A stretch of DNA of 19,675 bases from positions 1-19,675 of the forward strand of contig JBBQYG010000061.1 in assembly GCA_038208905.1 (NCBI GenBank). The letters are read 5' to 3'. The DNA comes from Candidatus Sumerlaeia bacterium. Its GTDB lineage: Bacteria; Sumerlaeota; Sumerlaeia; SLMS01. The notes under the pieces were generated by a model. It saw only the letters and a program-made list of their open reading frames with translations, had not been told where the DNA came from and searched no databases. Positions 17,344 through 19,675 of this stretch are shown one piece after another. Made by a program: the position numbers and the translations under genes. The stretch's first letter is position 1. Each line of letters starts with the position of its first letter.

Positions 17344-18650
17344 CAGTGGAAGCCGCCGCTCCCCCGCCGAAGGAACGGCTGGAATCGCTCGACGCGTTTC
17401 GTGGCTTCACGATTCTCGGCATGGTGTTTGTCATCGCCATCGCCGCGGGCGGCTATCAATGGGAGCCCGGGCATCTACCCCAGAAGATGAGCTGGTTCGG
17501 CAGCCTCCCCGTTTCGACGTGGTTTCATGCCGAGGTTGGCTATGACCTGTGGGTGAGGGAGCAGGCGGCGCTCGGCGCGACGCCGGAGCAGATTGCCGCC
17601 ATGCCCGCGGCGTCGCTCCGCAACATCGGCTGTACCCTCACCGACCTGATCGCGCCTTGGTTCGTGTTCATTGTGGGGGTCTGCATTCCCATCGGTCGCC
17701 AGCGCATGGGCGCGGAGTGGTGGCGGCACACGGGATTCCGGACGTTGATGCTGATCATCGCGGGCATGGTGTATATATCGCTGGTGATTCGCCAGATCAC
17801 CTGGTGGTGGGGCGTGCTGCAGGCGATTGGCGTGGCCTACTTCTGCGGCGCGGTATTCTCGCGATTGCCCAGGGTGTGGCGCTGGCCCGCGGTTCTGGGA
17901 GTGGGGGGGTTGAACCTGCTCCTCACCGAGGTGTGGCCACCGTGGACAACGGCATTGAAGGACATCGCGGCGCCCTTTGGCACGCTGACGAATCCCAACG
18001 GCAACTGGTTCAAGCCGTGGATTGTCCACTGCCTGCCATGGCTTTCCATCAGCTATGGCGTGATGACTATGATCGGCGTGCAGGTGGGCGAAGCGGTGGC
18101 GACAAAGCAGCCTTCCGCGATCCTGCGCCGGTGCGTGGCCGTGGGCGGTATCTATGCGCTTCTTGGATACGCGATCCACCGGATTGGCTTCGCAACCGGG
18201 AACTGGTCGCTCTGCATGAACAAACCCGATGTCACCACATCCTATGCGTTTTTTGCCGGGGGTACGGGTGCCTTGGTGTTTCTGGCCTTCTACTGGATCA
18301 TTGACGTCTATAAGTATAGACGCTGGGCGTGGCCGCTGGGCGTGTTCGGGATGAATCCGCTGCTGGCGTACTTCATGATGATCCTGATGCGGCGCGCGTT
18401 CGAGACGCTGGGCATCGCGGCCACGGGTGCCGACTGGAACAAGGTGGGTTTCTTCAACCCGGTGACCGGGGCAAACACCACAGTCTATCACTGGGCGCGG
18501 CTGCTGGGCGGTGGTGAACCCGCGCCGTGGGTGCTGGACTTCTTCCGCAAGAGCGGCTACCACGGCGTCATGTGGGGCCTGATGTGGACGGCGCTGCTGT
18601 GGTTGATCGTGCTATGGTTCAACAGGCGGCGGATCTACTGGAAGTTCTAG
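17340..18650 (+). CDS. HGSNAT/NagX-like (DUF5009/DUF1624) transmembrane acyltransferase
   Basis: RLESLDAFRG, WFH, G.TLTDLIAPWFVFIVG, GVLQ.IGVAY, NK..TTSY, W.IDV, VFGMNPL..Y. A GTG start overlaps the upstream TGA; GTG 17346 is an alternative start. Confidence 0.85.
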   Translation: MTVEAAAPPPKERLESLDAFRGFTILGMVFVIAIAAGGYQWEPGHLPQKMSWFGSLPVSTWFHAEVGYDLWVREQAALGATPEQIAAMPAASLRNIGCTLTDLIAPWFVFIVGVCIPIGRQRMGAEWWRHTGFRTLMLIIAGMVYISLVIRQITWWWGVLQAIGVAYFCGAVFSRLPRVWRWPAVLGVGGLNLLLTEVWPPWTTALKDIAAPFGTLTNPNGNWFKPWIVHCLPWLSISYGVMTMIGVQVGEAVATKQPSAILRRCVAVGGIYALLGYAIHRIGFATGNWSLCMNKPDVTTSYAFFAGGTGALVFLAFYWIIDVYKYRRWAWPLGVFGMNPLLAYFMMILMRRAFETLGIAATGADWNKVGFFNPVTGANTTVYHWARLLGGGEPAPWVLDFFRKSGYHGVMWGLMWTALLWLIVLWFNRRRIYWKF

Positions 18651-19601
18651 TCAGGCGCGCTCGTCGGCGCCGCGGCTCTGCTCGTCGGCGTGGTAGGAGC
18701 TCCGGACCATCGGCCCCGCCTCCACGTGGCGGAAGCCCATGGCAAGGCCATCTGCCTTGAGCTGGGCAAACTCGTCGGGATGGACGTAGCGAATAACCTC
18801 GTGGTGCCAGTCCGCGGGGCGCAGATACTGGCCCAGCGTGAGGATCTGGCAATCGATGGCGCGCAGGTCGCGCATCACGTCGCGGACCTCGTCGAGGTGC
18901 TCGCCAAGTCCGAGCATGAGGCCGCTCTTGGTGCGCAGGCCGGCCTCGCGCGCCCATGCGAGGACGTTGAGCGAGCGCCCGTAGGCAGCGGAGGGACGCA
19001 CCTCGCGATAGAGACGCGGGACCGTCTCCAAATTGTGGTTCAGGATGTCCGGCCGCTCGTCGAAGATCGCCTTCAGCGCTTCGCGGTTTCCGAGCATGTC
19101 GGGAATCAGCAGCTCGATGCGGCACTTGGGCGCCATGATGTGAATCTGGCGAAGGACCTCCACAAAGATCGCCGCGCCGCCGTCGGTCAGCTCGTCGCGG
19201 TTGACCGACGTGATGACGGCGTGATCGAGGCCCATCGTGCGGACTGATTCCGCCACGCGACGCGGCTCATCCAAATCGAGCTCCGTCGGACGCCCGGTCT
19301 TGACGGCGCAAAAGGTGCAGGCACGCGTGCAGGTGTCCCCGAGAATCATGAAAGTGGCGGTTCCGCGGGACCAACACTCACCCAAGTTTGGGCAACGGGC
19401 CTCCTCGCAGACGGTGTGCAGCTTCGCGTCGCTGACCAGCGCCTTGACTCTGGCGTATTCGGCGCCCGAGGGAATCTTTCCGCGAATCCACTCGGGGAGG
19501 CGGCGTCCGCGCTCGGCGAGGGTCTCGGGGGTCTCCGATCCGGGGGGAAGCGGGTTCCCGAGGCGGTCGGTGCGCTGGGCGATTTCCGGCGATGCGGACA
19601 T
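18651..19601 (-). CDS. lipA: Lipoyl synthase
   Basis: LHTVCEEARCPNLGECW (CX4CX5C), CTRACTFC (radical SAM), VITSVNRDEL.DGGA, NHNLETVPRL, TKSGLMLGLGE, GQYLRP, VRSSYHA. Confidence 0.98.
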   Translation of the reverse strand: MSASPEIAQRTDRLGNPLPPGSETPETLAERGRRLPEWIRGKIPSGAEYARVKALVSDAKLHTVCEEARCPNLGECWSRGTATFMILGDTCTRACTFCAVKTGRPTELDLDEPRRVAESVRTMGLDHAVITSVNRDELTDGGAAIFVEVLRQIHIMAPKCRIELLIPDMLGNREALKAIFDERPDILNHNLETVPRLYREVRPSAAYGRSLNVLAWAREAGLRTKSGLMLGLGEHLDEVRDVMRDLRAIDCQILTLGQYLRPADWHHEVIRYVHPDEFAQLKADGLAMGFRHVEAGPMVRSSYHADEQSRGADERA

Positions 19602-19640
19602 GGGCGGCGGTTTCTCCTGGAAAGGGTGGCCAAAAATGCG

Positions 19641-19670
19641 GCGGCGAGCCTCTGGAGGGAGGCTCGCCGC
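19641..19670 (-). terminator. Perfect 12-bp inverted repeat upstream of lipA (possible terminator or palindromic repeat)
   Basis: GCGGCGAGCCTC-tggagg-GAGGCTCGCCGC; on the minus strand it is followed by CGCATTTTT. Confidence 0.4.
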
Positions 19671-19675
19671 AAGGG

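Overview
GC-rich bacterial chromosomal window with 13 supportable protein-coding genes and no recognisable rRNA, tRNA, CRISPR array or mobile element. Gene order: ftsK (+), GT-C/ArnT-like glycosyltransferase (+), surE (+), a second large GT-C glycosyltransferase (-), tilS (+), secreted VIT-VWA protein (+), a hypothetical protein coupled to a YbgC-like thioesterase (+), a short alternative sigma-70 factor (-), a three-gene cluster of GHL10/DigH-like lipoprotein, C39-like peptidase lipoprotein and HGSNAT/NagX-like membrane protein (+), and lipA (-). The strongest unannotated signal is in the 300-bp divergent spacer upstream of the sigma-70 gene. It holds a complete sigma-54-style promoter layout: a -24/-12 element, an IHF consensus site and two tandem TGT-N12-ACA palindromes. 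This implies a sigma54-to-sigma70 cascade. The sigma factor also carries non-canonical melting and promoter-recognition residues. The GHL10/C39/NagX cluster could be an amino-sugar or peptidoglycan processing module. All assignments come from motif recognition by eye; no database searches were run.
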